The notes beneath the pieces were generated by a model, which was not told where the DNA came from, searched no databases, and saw only the letters and a list, made by a program, of their open reading frames with translations. A program made the position numbers and the translations under genes. 35,922 bases of DNA from a virus (lineage: Duplodnaviria; Caudoviricetes): positions 1 to 35,922 of the IMG/VR virus record IMGVR_UViG_3300029179_000014; one strand, written 5' to 3'. Position 1 is the first letter of the stretch, and each line of letters opens with the position of its first letter. This document shows positions 27,382-35,922 of the stretch, in pieces.

Positions 27382-28200
27382 CTAAAAAACCTCCGGATAC
27401 TGTTGAATTTGCAGATTAACGGGCAAGACACCAATCTTGTTTGTGCGCGAAGCGGATGCGTCAGTGTTGCACCCCGGTTGCTTCACGAAAACTGGGACGC
27501 CGCGATCGCGACACTGATAGGCGATCGCGCGTATCCAATCAACTTTACACAGACGGGCGCGACTACCGCTTTCACCACCAACGATTATCCAATCAATGCC
27601 CGACAAAGATAGATCGCCCAAATCCTCCAACAGTGGCTCGCAACTCAAAAACCGCAACGCTGCTGGGATGTCGCAGAGAATGGGAATGCGATCGATCGCC
27701 TTTTTATTTTCCACCGTGACGCCCAGCCAAACATTAGGCAACGGTATGCTGATGTCAAATTGCCCAATAGCTAAATTTAGCTCATCGCGCAAAAGATCTA
27801 AAGCGCAAACGCAGATCCGTCGCGTTCTACTTGAATCGGCGAAATATGCGCGCATCCGTTCTGGGCGCTTGGTCAAAACCTGAAATCTATGACGCGGGCA
27901 GATTACCGCGATCGCCATCACCCGATCGATCCACTCGTCTGGTACGTTGTCATGGAACAAGTCCGCCATCGAACAGACAAAGATCTTCTGTGGCGACTTC
28001 CACGACACCGGCTTAAGTAGCTGACTTTCTGCAAATTCAACCGTTCCGTTCCAGGCTTTTACAGCTTGGTATTGGGAGAACTGTTGCAATTTCTGCGATC
28101 GTGCTGCTTCCCTTGCATAGCAGTTCGCGCATCCTGGCGAGATTTCAGAACAACCCACGACGGGATTCCAAGTTTTGTTAGTCCATTCGATGTTGGTCAT
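27382..28200 (-). CDS. DUF5131 / phage Gp37-Gp68 family protein
   Basis: IEWT..TWNPVVGC..ISPGCANCYA, IFVCSMADLFH, QVLTKRPER, RFLSCEPLL and WIIVGGESG motifs. Confidence 0.92.
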   Translation of the reverse strand: MTNIEWTNKTWNPVVGCSEISPGCANCYAREAARSQKLQQFSQYQAVKAWNGTVEFAESQLLKPVSWKSPQKIFVCSMADLFHDNVPDEWIDRVMAIAVICPRHRFQVLTKRPERMRAYFADSSRTRRICVCALDLLRDELNLAIGQFDISIPLPNVWLGVTVENKKAIDRIPILCDIPAALRFLSCEPLLEDLGDLSLSGIDWIIVGGESGSRARLCKVDWIRAIAYQCRDRGVPVFVKQPGCNTDASASRTNKIGVLPVNLQIQQYPEVF

Positions 28201-28436
28201 TCGTTTCCTCTGTCTCGATCGCTCACCTCTCTAAACAAATAACGCATCTCGTTGCTGCGATCGCGCACCACTACTTCGCGACTAGAAGCAGCATGGCGAT
28301 CGGCTATTTCCTTTACCTCAAAGTCAGTTGCTTTTACCACCGATTGCGGCTGCCCATTAACCGTGACAGTAAATTCCTCCACTGGCTCATGTTCAAAAAA
28401 CATGTCTGACAGGAACGATAATATGCTCATGCCCAT
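28197..28436 (-). CDS. Hypothetical protein
   Basis: ATGA overlap with the DUF5131 gene; co-oriented in the operon. Confidence 0.55.
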   Translation of the reverse strand: MGMSILSFLSDMFFEHEPVEEFTVTVNGQPQSVVKATDFEVKEIADRHAASSREVVVRDRSNEMRYLFREVSDRDRGNE

Positions 28437-28457
28437 TACCTAATTAGTGGGTGTACC

Positions 28458-28500
28458 GAAAGGGGAGAGTTCGCAGCTCGCCCCTTTCTTGGTTTTTATT
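28458..28500 (+). terminator. Intrinsic-terminator-like hairpin oriented antisense to the operon
   Basis: GAAAGGGG..GTTCGCAGC..CCCCTTTC followed by a T-rich tract. Confidence 0.5.
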
Positions 28501-28629
28501 TCACTGCGTCGAGACGGGCGATCGCGCAGTCACGCGCTCTAGCAATTCAGATCCTCTATCGCAATACAAGTTTGCGACACAACATCAATCGCGATCCATT
28601 TCCCGTCGCCGCTTTTTTCTCCTTGTCTG

Positions 28630-28971
28630 TCACGAGACTCTTACCTCCATCCGAAGCCTGCGACCTTGCGAATCAACTGTGTCGACATTGGCAAACGGTA
28701 CGCCTTTGGTAAATTTGGCATTGAGCCAAACCATGCCAATTCCGCTATATCCGTTGAATTCCTGTTTGACGGCCCAATTCCACTCGATCGCTCCTGACAG
28801 TTCGGATGGGTGCTGAGGGCCAAGATACCTATCAAGATCTTCGCTATCGATCTCGCACCCTGGAACACAAGCAGCAATGTTCTCGATTATCTTTTTGATA
28901 GGAACCTTGAAAATAGCCTCTGCTTCTTCTTTTGATGCTTGTTCTGCATAAAATTTTACGTCGATTCGCAC
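28630..28971 (-). CDS. Hypothetical protein
   Basis: GTG start with GAAGGGA upstream; operon context. Confidence 0.55.
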   Translation of the reverse strand: MRIDVKFYAEQASKEEAEAIFKVPIKKIIENIAACVPGCEIDSEDLDRYLGPQHPSELSGAIEWNWAVKQEFNGYSGIGMVWLNAKFTKGVPFANVDTVDSQGRRLRMEVRVS

Positions 28972-28985
28972 GACTTTCCCTCGCC

Positions 28986-30197
28986 TTAACGAACCTTATT
29001 TGCTGAACTTTCATCAACTAACAACCATCGCTGCGCGATCGCCCGATCGCCAGCTACCTTAGCAATCTCTGGCAGCTTCTCAACAGGAATTTCCCTAGAG
29101 CCTGCAATGCCAAACGACTGCAACAACATTGCCCTCAACGTTTCTTTTGTCCATCCAGCAGGTTGCGCGATCGCCCAAATTTCTGCTGCTTCGCGATCGG
29201 AGGCATAGACAGGAATAGGTGGATCTTCAACTGGCTGGCTTGGCGGAAGCGACGGAACTTCAATTGCAGGCTCTAGCGCCATATCAATGGGCAACCTTTG
29301 CAGTAGCGCAGCGCTTGGACGCGCACCCATTGCGATCGCGATCTGCGCTTGCTGAATCGCTTCGTATGCGACAACCCAATAGGGGTTTACTTCCAAAGAC
29401 ACCGCCCAAGTTGTCGAGTCGGCTTTCTTGCCGGTTCGCTTGGGCTGATCCTTCCCGTTAACTTCGACTGTCTCAATCTTTGACAGTACAGGTCGCTTAA
29501 TATCGACCTCCATACGTCGTAGTTTTAGTGGGATGACATTGCCCATCGTGCCAACTGCAATGGGCGAGGACTTGATGGAACCGTAAATCTCTTCTATTTG
29601 AAGCAACGCCTCATCTATGCCGGTCAGGTCAGTATATCCACTAACCGTCATTTTACATGGGTGAGGGAGGTGCAACCCTTGAGCCAACATTTGAGGCAGG
29701 TAGAGATAGAAGGTCAGCACCCCCTCCTTTTCGCATCCCAACGGGCATTGCACGCCGACATCTTCATCCGCGATCGCGCATCTCTTTTCGCAGGGTACGG
29801 GCTTTGTCCGCACATGCCCGTAAATATCCGCGTAAGTTTTTGCTTCGAGCGAGATGGTTTCGCGATCGCACTCGCGCTTCAAAACCGATCCATCCCACTC
29901 GCGCATCCCAGTCCAAAAAGTTGTAGCGACATCGCCCGTCGCCGCGAAGACATCTAATTCTTCAAGCAAGATGTCTCCATTCTGATCCAACTTCGCTGCT
30001 GGATAAGCGCGCATCAAAATGTCGCGAGCCAGGTCAGATTTAGGCTCAAAACGAAACAACTTTTCAAGATCCTTTCCGAATACTTCTTTGCCATCTTGAC
30101 GCTTGATTTTCCTGGTTCCTTTGTGAACAATCCCAGACCAGTAGGATTGTTGGCGCTTTTTCCTTGCGCCTTCATCTGTAAGCCCTTTAATTGGCAT
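28986..30197 (-). CDS. gp3-like / recombination-directionality-factor-like protein (probable recombination function)
   Basis: MPIKGLTD...G.VHKG...GKDL..FRF N-terminus, Cys cluster C..C.CPLGC...G.L.F, and IPLKLRR, typical of this phage family. Confidence 0.55.
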   Translation of the reverse strand: MPIKGLTDEGARKKRQQSYWSGIVHKGTRKIKRQDGKEVFGKDLEKLFRFEPKSDLARDILMRAYPAAKLDQNGDILLEELDVFAATGDVATTFWTGMREWDGSVLKRECDRETISLEAKTYADIYGHVRTKPVPCEKRCAIADEDVGVQCPLGCEKEGVLTFYLYLPQMLAQGLHLPHPCKMTVSGYTDLTGIDEALLQIEEIYGSIKSSPIAVGTMGNVIPLKLRRMEVDIKRPVLSKIETVEVNGKDQPKRTGKKADSTTWAVSLEVNPYWVVAYEAIQQAQIAIAMGARPSAALLQRLPIDMALEPAIEVPSLPPSQPVEDPPIPVYASDREAAEIWAIAQPAGWTKETLRAMLLQSFGIAGSREIPVEKLPEIAKVAGDRAIAQRWLLVDESSANKVR

Positions 30198-30199
30198 AT

Positions 30200-30406
30200 T
30201 TATTTGCCTCTCACAACTTGAATCGACAAAAGATTAGGGGTGGGAACATAATATCGATTGTTGCCTTTTAGCTTTTTAACTGTCGCTACTTGGCGATCGC
30301 GATCGAGGCTAACAATTTTTACAATTATCCCGTCCAATTGATGCCCAGATCGCCTAACCCTCGCAGGGTTATTGACAGCGATCGCGCTCCACATTGTTTC
30401 TGGCAC
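30200..30406 (-). CDS. Small SH3/KOW-like beta protein
   Basis: RVRRSG..LDG.IVKIV.L....ATV pattern; 2 bp from the next gene. Confidence 0.45.
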   Translation of the reverse strand: MPETMWSAIAVNNPARVRRSGHQLDGIIVKIVSLDRDRQVATVKKLKGNNRYYVPTPNLLSIQVVRGK

Positions 30407-30474
30407 GGCTTAAACTCCGGTATTCAATTTGCGTTATTGAGCGCGATTCCACCAAGATAGAATCGCGCTTTCGA

Positions 30475-30675
30475 TTAAACAAAATCGACTTCGCGATCGC
30501 CTTCAATCTCTATGCAGTTTTCGCCATTGACAGGAGGATAGAATTCCACCAACCAACCATCGCCTTTCTTTTGGAGCCACACGACTTCGACGATCTCGTC
30601 TTTCCACAAAATATGGTATCCGCAGTGCAGATCTTCAACTTTAATCTTGGACACTTTTACCTCTTCTTTGAACAA
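30475..30675 (-). CDS. Small acidic hypothetical protein
   Basis: 66 aa, co-oriented in the operon; start uncertain. Confidence 0.45.
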   Translation of the reverse strand: MFKEEVKVSKIKVEDLHCGYHILWKDEIVEVVWLQKKGDGWLVEFYPPVNGENCIEIEGDREVDFV

Positions 30676-30745
30676 GTTGTTGATGTATGTTGGACGCGAT
30701 CGCGAACTCGCAAATTTACCCGCGATCGCACTCCGATCTTCCGAT

Positions 30746-31861
30746 CTAAGGAATATTGAGAACGACTTTCAGCACCTCTTCAGGAGTAATCAACGCGGCG
30801 TCGTTCCAAGAGGAACCGCCTACTTCGTTGCGTCCTCCCCAAGCAGAGCTGGGAAAGGGGAAATTTAGCAAATAGCGCTTTTGCTTTTCTGCTTCCGACA
30901 AAGCAGCAAACACATTTCTGTCTGCAAACCTGGGAGATCCATTTTTGTGCAGGGGAATGCTACCAAGTGTGTAGCTGTATGCAGGCAGCGTTATTTTCCA
31001 TGAAAAAGCGCTATCTTCTAGCCCCTCTTTCCACAACAGCAACTCTTCTTCGGTGCGAAAAAAATCCAACGGGCGATCGCGCACCGTTAGCGTGATGTTG
31101 CTGGTGCAGTCTGGTTGCGATCGCGCCCATTCGATTAGATGGCGCGGATCGACGTACTCAGAAATGCCGCGACCATCAAAGACGGCAACGCCATCAATTA
31201 ATTTGCAGCGACGATGAACAAACGGACGTTGCTCCTCAAATTTCTCCCAGTAAGCGTTCGCCTCTCCCTGCTCTCCAGGCCAAGGAATTTCGCCCATCGC
31301 GGCCTTCACCAACGCTTCTGTGCCTCGGCGGAAACCTTCGGAGTAGAAATCCTTACGCTGCTCGTCCGTCCAGTCGCTTCGCTTTTTGGGAAGACCCAAT
31401 TCGGACGCGAGCGCTTCCGATCCTTGTTTCATTGCGGCGACGGCGTTGCGCGCAAAAACGCGATATTTATCCCAGCATGAATCAAGCGGCAAACCCAGAT
31501 GGTCGCAGTCGTAGGCGATCGCGATTAGGCGATCGCGAACAGCAATTGCGCGATCGCGATATTCAATATCCCACTGATACTTAGGCGTCAGACTCCCTTT
31601 ACACAAAATCAACCACGCCGCTGCCACGCAAGCGTCAGCATCTAGTTGCGTAGTGACGATTGTGGAATCGCTAGGGATGCGGATATGTTCCGCGATTTCC
31701 TGAATCTGAATCTTCTCACCACCTGGTCGATGATGATCGAAGTGGAAATCACCTTTTTTAGGCGAGCAATACCAGCCAGGAACAGTGCCATCGACCATGA
31801 CGATTGGGCGGTCGGTAGGAACATCTGACAGGTGAGTTGTGACCAAAAAATTTAACCCCAT
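30746..31861 (-). CDS. DHH-like phosphoesterase-related protein
   Basis: VDGT, FDHH, TQLDADA, CDHLG and C-terminal WGGRNEVGGS motifs; ATG at 31861 has a GGAG RBS. Confidence 0.55.
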   Translation of the reverse strand: MGLNFLVTTHLSDVPTDRPIVMVDGTVPGWYCSPKKGDFHFDHHRPGGEKIQIQEIAEHIRIPSDSTIVTTQLDADACVAAAWLILCKGSLTPKYQWDIEYRDRAIAVRDRLIAIAYDCDHLGLPLDSCWDKYRVFARNAVAAMKQGSEALASELGLPKKRSDWTDEQRKDFYSEGFRRGTEALVKAAMGEIPWPGEQGEANAYWEKFEEQRPFVHRRCKLIDGVAVFDGRGISEYVDPRHLIEWARSQPDCTSNITLTVRDRPLDFFRTEEELLLWKEGLEDSAFSWKITLPAYSYTLGSIPLHKNGSPRFADRNVFAALSEAEKQKRYLLNFPFPSSAWGGRNEVGGSSWNDAALITPEEVLKVVLNIP

Positions 31862-31925
31862 CTTTTTCTCCGTTGTTTGTTTGCAAGTGGTGCGATCGCA
31901 CACCCAACGCGCGATCGCCAAAAAC

Positions 31926-32180
31926 CTAAGCAGCTTTCTTGAACCGACCGCTACCGCGATCGCCTTTACAAGCAACGATCCATCGTTCGCGATCGCCTCG
32001 ACTATTGGAGACGATCAACCAAACTTCATCCCCGACACAAAACCGATGAACCACCTTCACGATAGGCAGAAAGGGGACTCGAAAAAAATCGCCCTCTTCC
32101 GCTAACGGACTAGGTTTGGTAAAGATTCGTGGAACTGCGATCGCGGTATTTAGCGATCGCTCTGCAAGTACTACTGTCAT
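31926..32180 (-). CDS. Hypothetical protein (84 aa from MTVVLAERS)
   Basis: First clear ORF of the leftward operon; ATG follows an AT-rich leader. Confidence 0.5.
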   Translation of the reverse strand: MTVVLAERSLNTAIAVPRIFTKPSPLAEEGDFFRVPFLPIVKVVHRFCVGDEVWLIVSNSRGDRERWIVACKGDRGSGRFKKAA

Positions 32181-32211
32181 AATTGAATTACCAAAAATGA
32201 AAATGTGTTTT

Positions 32212-32235
32212 ACCCGGTTCGCAGCCGGGTTTTTT
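32212..32235 (+). terminator. Intrinsic-terminator-like hairpin oriented antisense to the operon
   Basis: ACCCG-GTTCGCAGC-CGGGT-TTTTT. Confidence 0.55.
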
Positions 32236-32507
32236 GTCGGAGTAAAAGGTGCAAAAGCGAGTCTCGCACCATTCGTCCAGAACACCGCAATGCCCGTCTT
32301 TCCGAGCTGTCACAGCTGCAAGCAATGTACGCAGCCAAAAGCGATCGCAGGCATCGCACCTGCTTGGCGGCTTTTACCGCGATCGCTGGTAGCCAGAAAC
32401 AACTTAATTTATCGCTTCCATTTTTCAAGGTTCTGAGGCAACTGTGCAACCTCTATGTTCCGTTTGGGGTGGGGGCTGGTCGCTTTCCCTGTGCCTCTAT
32501 GTTTTTC

Positions 32508-32610
32508 ATATTACCAGGCTTAACCTATAAACGTCAAGCCTGACGCTTAAAATACAAGCCTGTCCTAAAAACGGTTATGATTATAGAATAAGCGTCACCC
32601 TAAGCGCTCA
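32508..32610. promoter_or_regulatory. Divergent promoter/operator (genetic-switch-like) region
   Basis: Minus-strand TTGACG (32537-32532), 18-nt spacer, TAATAT (32513-32508). CAAGCCTG occurs twice with an inverted CAGGCTT. TGACGCTTA / TAAGCGTCA form an inverted pair. Confidence 0.6.
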
Positions 32611-32657
32611 AAGAGAGAGAAGCTTGCTTATGAACAAAAGTAAAAGGAAACAAAAAA

Positions 32658-32981
32658 ATGCTTCGCTGGAAACTGCGTCTGTTAATGGCGGACAAAAAAA
32701 TTAGCAATAAGGAACTATCCGAGCGATCGGGTTTGTCTATAAGAACTATCTCAAGACTCAAACTATTGGATGAAATTGAGCAGATAAGCGGAAGAGTACT
32801 AAATGACCTCTGTGAAGGGCTATGCAGCGCCTACGAAGCAAGAGGTGAACAGAAGATAATTACGCCTGGAGATTTATTTGAGTTTGTCCGGGATCAAAAA
32901 AGCGATCCTCCTGCTGCCTCTTTACAAATCCCACAGACGAGGAGAGCGATCTCGCTCAAAAACCCAAGCGATCGCGCTTAA
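32658..32981 (+). CDS. XRE / Cro-C1-type HTH transcriptional regulator, repressor candidate
   Basis: WKLRLLMADKKISNKELSERSGLSIRTISRL...LC..L....TPGDLFEF is a typical HTH_26 pattern. Confidence 0.88.
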   Translation: MLRWKLRLLMADKKISNKELSERSGLSIRTISRLKLLDEIEQISGRVLNDLCEGLCSAYEARGEQKIITPGDLFEFVRDQKSDPPAASLQIPQTRRAISLKNPSDRA

Positions 32982-33103
32982 AGTCCTCTTCCGACAGCAA
33001 AATTATTCAATTTGCAGCACGGAGGGCAGGATGAGCGCGATCTGGACAGAGACTTCAAATCTGTATGGTTTTGTACACAATCAGACGGGAGAGAGCTTGC
33101 GCT

Positions 33104-33523
33104 ATGACTGAAAAACAATGTCCGTTAGGTTTGGACTGTTCCCAAATGGGGTTGCACGAAGGCGATCGCGGCGACTGCATCAACGAGGAGGCTTGCGATC
33201 GCTATGCCGAGCCTTGGGAACTCTACGAAATAGTAATACTGAAAGGGCTGCCGGGAGCAATATATTTATGTTGGTATGGAGGTAATTTTGACTATGTTTG
33301 GACAGAAGAAAAATGGGGTTTTAAGAGAATCAATAGCTGGAATTGGTTGCTGTACTATACAGCGACATTAAATACATTCGAGGATTGGAAGACCGCTTAC
33401 TACAAGCTTGGCAATACCAGGAATGGTAAATTTACCCGATCTGATGTTTGGAATGAATTTGAGCGATTAAGAGAGCAAGTAGACCAAGGGTATCGCCCCG
33501 AACTAGACGATATCCCATTTTAG
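33104..33523 (+). CDS. Hypothetical protein with an N-terminal Cys cluster and an SSB-like C-terminal tip (LDDIPF)
   Basis: ATG at 33104 with GGAGAG upstream; CPLGLDC...C....C; ends YRPELDDIPF. Confidence 0.6.
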   Translation: MTEKQCPLGLDCSQMGLHEGDRGDCINEEACDRYAEPWELYEIVILKGLPGAIYLCWYGGNFDYVWTEEKWGFKRINSWNWLLYYTATLNTFEDWKTAYYKLGNTRNGKFTRSDVWNEFERLREQVDQGYRPELDDIPF

Positions 33524-33540
33524 CAACTACCCATACCTAC

Positions 33541-33583
33541 AAAAACGGAGTCTTACTACAACAGTAAGCTCCGTTTTTGTTTT
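33541..33583. terminator. Bidirectional terminator between convergent genes
   Basis: AAAAACGGAG-t-CTTACT-acaac-AGTAAG-CTCCGTTTTT hairpin with A and T tails. Confidence 0.75.
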
Positions 33584-33601
33584 TCAGAAAATCTAGTACT
33601 T

Positions 33602-33853
33602 TTACGACGTTTGCTGCTCTAGCCAGTTTAGAAACTCAAGCCAAGTATCGCGATCGCAATCGTGACCCAAGCTAAGCCCCGACGCGATCGCCTTTCTCGT
33701 GTCGCGATAGATAACTTGGCGATCGCCAACTGACAAAAGCTCCCAATTCGCCTTCACCCAATCAATCACTAGCGAGGGCATGTAAGTACGACGACCTACG
33801 CAATACCTCAAAGCGCAAATTGCAATTGTTCCTGTATCTTTAGGTAAAACCAT
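33602..33853 (-). CDS. Hypothetical phage protein
   Basis: ICALRYCVGRRTYMPS..IDW...G.DCD...W pattern common in phage ORFs. Confidence 0.65.
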   Translation of the reverse strand: MVLPKDTGTIAICALRYCVGRRTYMPSLVIDWVKANWELLSVGDRQVIYRDTRKAIASGLSLGHDCDRDTWLEFLNWLEQQTS

Positions 33854-33855
33854 AT

Positions 33856-34361
33856 TCACACCGTCCCAAACCAAGAAAAATCAGGCAATACATCTGCCTC
33901 TAGACAGCACCACAAATGCAAGCAAGTTGCGTGGTCGTTCACGTGTTCGCTCGCCTTGGGAAACACTTGAATGGCGGTTTTATCTTCTCCGATAAAGATC
34001 TGTTTTACCCAGCACAGTTCTTGGTAGCTTGGCATTTTCTCTGCACTAGCGCTAACGTGCTGCCAAAGTTTATCGTCTTTTTGGATGGCAAAAGACGAAA
34101 CCACAGTCAGCTGTTTTGCGCCTTTCGAGAACCCTTGCTTGCTAGTTTTTATCAGATGATACGCGCGGCAAGCTGAGGAGGTCGATCGGATCAGCCTTGC
34201 GTTGGGGTGCGAGGGAAATGGCAAGGATAGGTTTAAGGAGTTTAAGCGCGCGATCGCGCGCTATCTATTTGTAGCGCGTTGATCTGCTCTAGAGACATGC
34301 CGGATTTCTCTAAAATCTTGTCTTGAATCGCCGTCAGTTGCAAGTAATCAATCGTTTTCAT
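33856..34361 (-). pseudogene. Conserved phage protein (W-x-H-V-S...HLW family) with an apparent 2-bp frameshift near 34250
   Basis: ATG at 34361 with AGGAACGAG RBS stops at about 34242. Deleting one CG from the (CG)n tract fuses it in frame to ORF 33856-34224 (WQHVSAS..MPSYQELCWVK...HVNDHATCLHLW). Confidence 0.55.
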
Positions 34362-34432
34362 CTCGTTCCTTCTCCTTCTGTTCGCGTCCTAGCTTTAACG
34401 ATGCTCGCTACATATGCCTCTGCGGACGCCAA

Positions 34433-34720
34433 TCATATATCAAATCCACCCCGCCAAGCAGCGATCGCCCTAGCGTTCATCTGAAGCGCTTTCGCTTGAA
34501 GGTCTGGAGGCAATTCCCTCACCATTATTTGAAATTGAGCATCAAGCTTGCCCAACGCAGCCAAATGGGTTAATCGTTGTTCGTTGAAGCGCCTAAAACT
34601 TTCAGCTTCGTCTTGAAGGGCAATCGCGATTTCTGGATCTATTTGATACGCCTCTTCGCAATATTCATCAATTGGGCAAAGACAAGATTGCGCGATCGCT
34701 AGTGCTTGCTCGTAGTTCAT
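34433..34720 (-). CDS. Hypothetical helical protein
   Basis: ATGA overlap with the upstream HNH gene and a GGAGG RBS. Confidence 0.6.
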   Translation of the reverse strand: MNYEQALAIAQSCLCPIDEYCEEAYQIDPEIAIALQDEAESFRRFNEQRLTHLAALGKLDAQFQIMVRELPPDLQAKALQMNARAIAAWRGGFDI

Positions 34721-35094
34721 CGTTCAATTCCTCCGTAAAGTAGTTGGTATCCAAGTTTTAATCGGGTGGTAAAAGCGTCGGTGTTTCTGTTGCCCCAAAC
34801 TGGATCTTTTTTATCTTTAATCCAGTTATCAGGGTGGTGCGCGATCGCCTCGTGACACCTCGAGCAAACCGGAAACGTCGTCACGCCAATTTCGTCTCTA
34901 CCGTAGGCGGCATGATGGATTTGGTCTGACGGTTTCGCGATGCAGATACAGCAGAAGTTGCCAGTGCGACGATGGGCGATCGCGGCGTTCCGCTTGTATT
35001 TTGCTACGTCTCCGTATCGTTTATCCCAGTCAAGTGTTCCATCAAAACTTTTAGTCCGCTTGGGTTGAGCGTTTTTCCGGTTAGCTTGTGCCAT
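34717..35094 (-). CDS. HNH-endonuclease-like protein
   Basis: CCIC......IHH..Y.........VCSRCH zinc-binding beta-beta-alpha motif. Confidence 0.65.
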   Translation of the reverse strand: MAQANRKNAQPKRTKSFDGTLDWDKRYGDVAKYKRNAAIAHRRTGNFCCICIAKPSDQIHHAAYGRDEIGVTTFPVCSRCHEAIAHHPDNWIKDKKDPVWGNRNTDAFTTRLKLGYQLLYGGIER

Positions 35095-35905
35095 TTTACT
35101 GCCACCTCATCATCAGACGGCGCGGGATCTTGACTGAAGTACCAATCTTTGATTTCCTGATACCAATCTTTGGATTCTGGTGACACCTGATATTGGTATC
35201 TGGATAAGTCAATAAACGGTATCACCTGAACCTGGGGTGCATCACCCAACTTGCGGACAACGCAAGCGAATCCCTGAGATTTTTTAAGCGTCATTTGCAA
35301 CGCTTGTTGACGATTGACTAACAGCTTGGCGTCAAAATCCGAAGGCAGCTTCAAGTTTGGATCGGCAAGCGCGTTGCCCAAAAACAGCAGATCCATGTTC
35401 GCCAGTACAGATGAATCTATCCCGGATTGATCTTTCTTGAGCGAGTGTAAACCTAACGTAATATTTACCCCGTACTTGCGTCCCTCGTATTGAGAAAGTT
35501 GGATCGCTTGCAAGACTTCTTCGCGCTCCTTCTCGGACCATCTAGCGCAAGTCGCAATGAACTCATCGCAGATCAGCTTAAATGGGTGGCCCTTGCGATC
35601 GCTCCGATCGACGCGATCTTTGAGCAGTGCGTAAGCGCGACGGAAGTGAGCAAGTATCTTGTCAGGTTTGTTAGCGACGTACTTTTCCAGTTGCTCGCCC
35701 GGTGGCATCCCTGGCAACCAAGAAGACTCATCTTCATCAAAGTGAAGATCGCCGATCCTTAGTTCCCCCTCTGGATGAAGCTGCTTAAATCTGATCGCTT
35801 CGTAACTCAATACGGTAGACTTGCCCGAACCTTTCGCCCCAAACACACCCTTTGAAGCATCAATAAATTTATCGTCGAACCAGACGTAATCAATCTCTGG
35901 GGCGA
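35004..35905 (-). CDS. FtsK/HerA/VirD4-like P-loop ATPase (5' partial)
   Basis: Walker A GAKGSGKS, Walker B LICDE and EGRKYGV arginine motif; frame is open up to the terminal primer. Confidence 0.75.
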
Positions 35906-35922
35906 GATCGTGACTGGGAAAC
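35906..35922 (-). other. Random-amplification primer (reverse complement); library artefact
   Basis: GATCGTGACTGGGAAAC is the reverse complement of bases 1-17. Confidence 0.9.

Noticed and set aside
28538-28640. Possible frameshifted continuation (RDRQGEKSGDGKWIAIDVV...) of ORF 28630-28971
   Set aside because: It looks plausible but cannot be supported without homologue alignment.
30770-30790. Other CTGANGA matches as additional hammerheads
   Set aside because: They lie inside coding sequence and lack a matching GAAA and flanking stems.
32205-32543. ORFs on both strands in the leader of the early operon (possible Cro)
   Set aside because: No HTH pattern or convincing start; treated as a non-coding leader.
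1-35922. Perfect 17-bp terminal inverted repeat suggesting a linear replicon or transposon ends
   Set aside because: The sequence is the standard random-amplification primer GTTTCCCAGTCACGATC, and genes at both ends are cut mid-frame. It is a library artefact and also a warning that chimeric junctions are possible.

Overview
A 35.9-kb fragment of a temperate phage, prophage or phage-plasmid from a cyanobacterium. The HIP1 octamer GCGATCGC is very frequent throughout; I saw none inside the two IS elements. Both contig ends carry the 17-nt random-amplification primer GTTTCCCAGTCACGATC, so the ends are artefactual and the two terminal genes are partial. The left half is a virion module: a coiled-coil tape-measure-like gene, a 1464-aa MuF/SPP1-gp7 minor head protein fused to two ComEA-type HhH modules and a long coiled coil, a DUF935-type portal, and tail/baseplate and tail-fibre-like genes. 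Two IS200/IS605-family tnpB-only elements interrupt this module. The middle has a small autoregulated-looking operon and a lysis cassette (L,D-transpeptidase-like enzyme, GH24 lysozyme, membrane-anchored pseudo-receiver protein, holin candidate). An RHH regulator and a stand-alone EAL phosphodiesterase adjoin the cassette. The right half is a leftward early operon (PcfJ-like, DUF5131, gp3/RDF-like, DHH-like) facing an XRE repressor, followed by HNH and a partial FtsK-like ATPase. The most notable observations are: (1) a lysis cassette physically linked to second-messenger signalling parts (EAL plus REC-like); (2) a complete type II hammerhead ribozyme right after the PcfJ-like gene; (3) a tail-fibre cassette bracketed by a diverged copy of the upstream gene's 3' end, which is split by a TnpB element whose predicted guide nearly matches the intact copy; (4) repeated head-to-head gene pairs with essentially no intergenic space. 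All functional calls come from motif recognition by eye; no searches were run.
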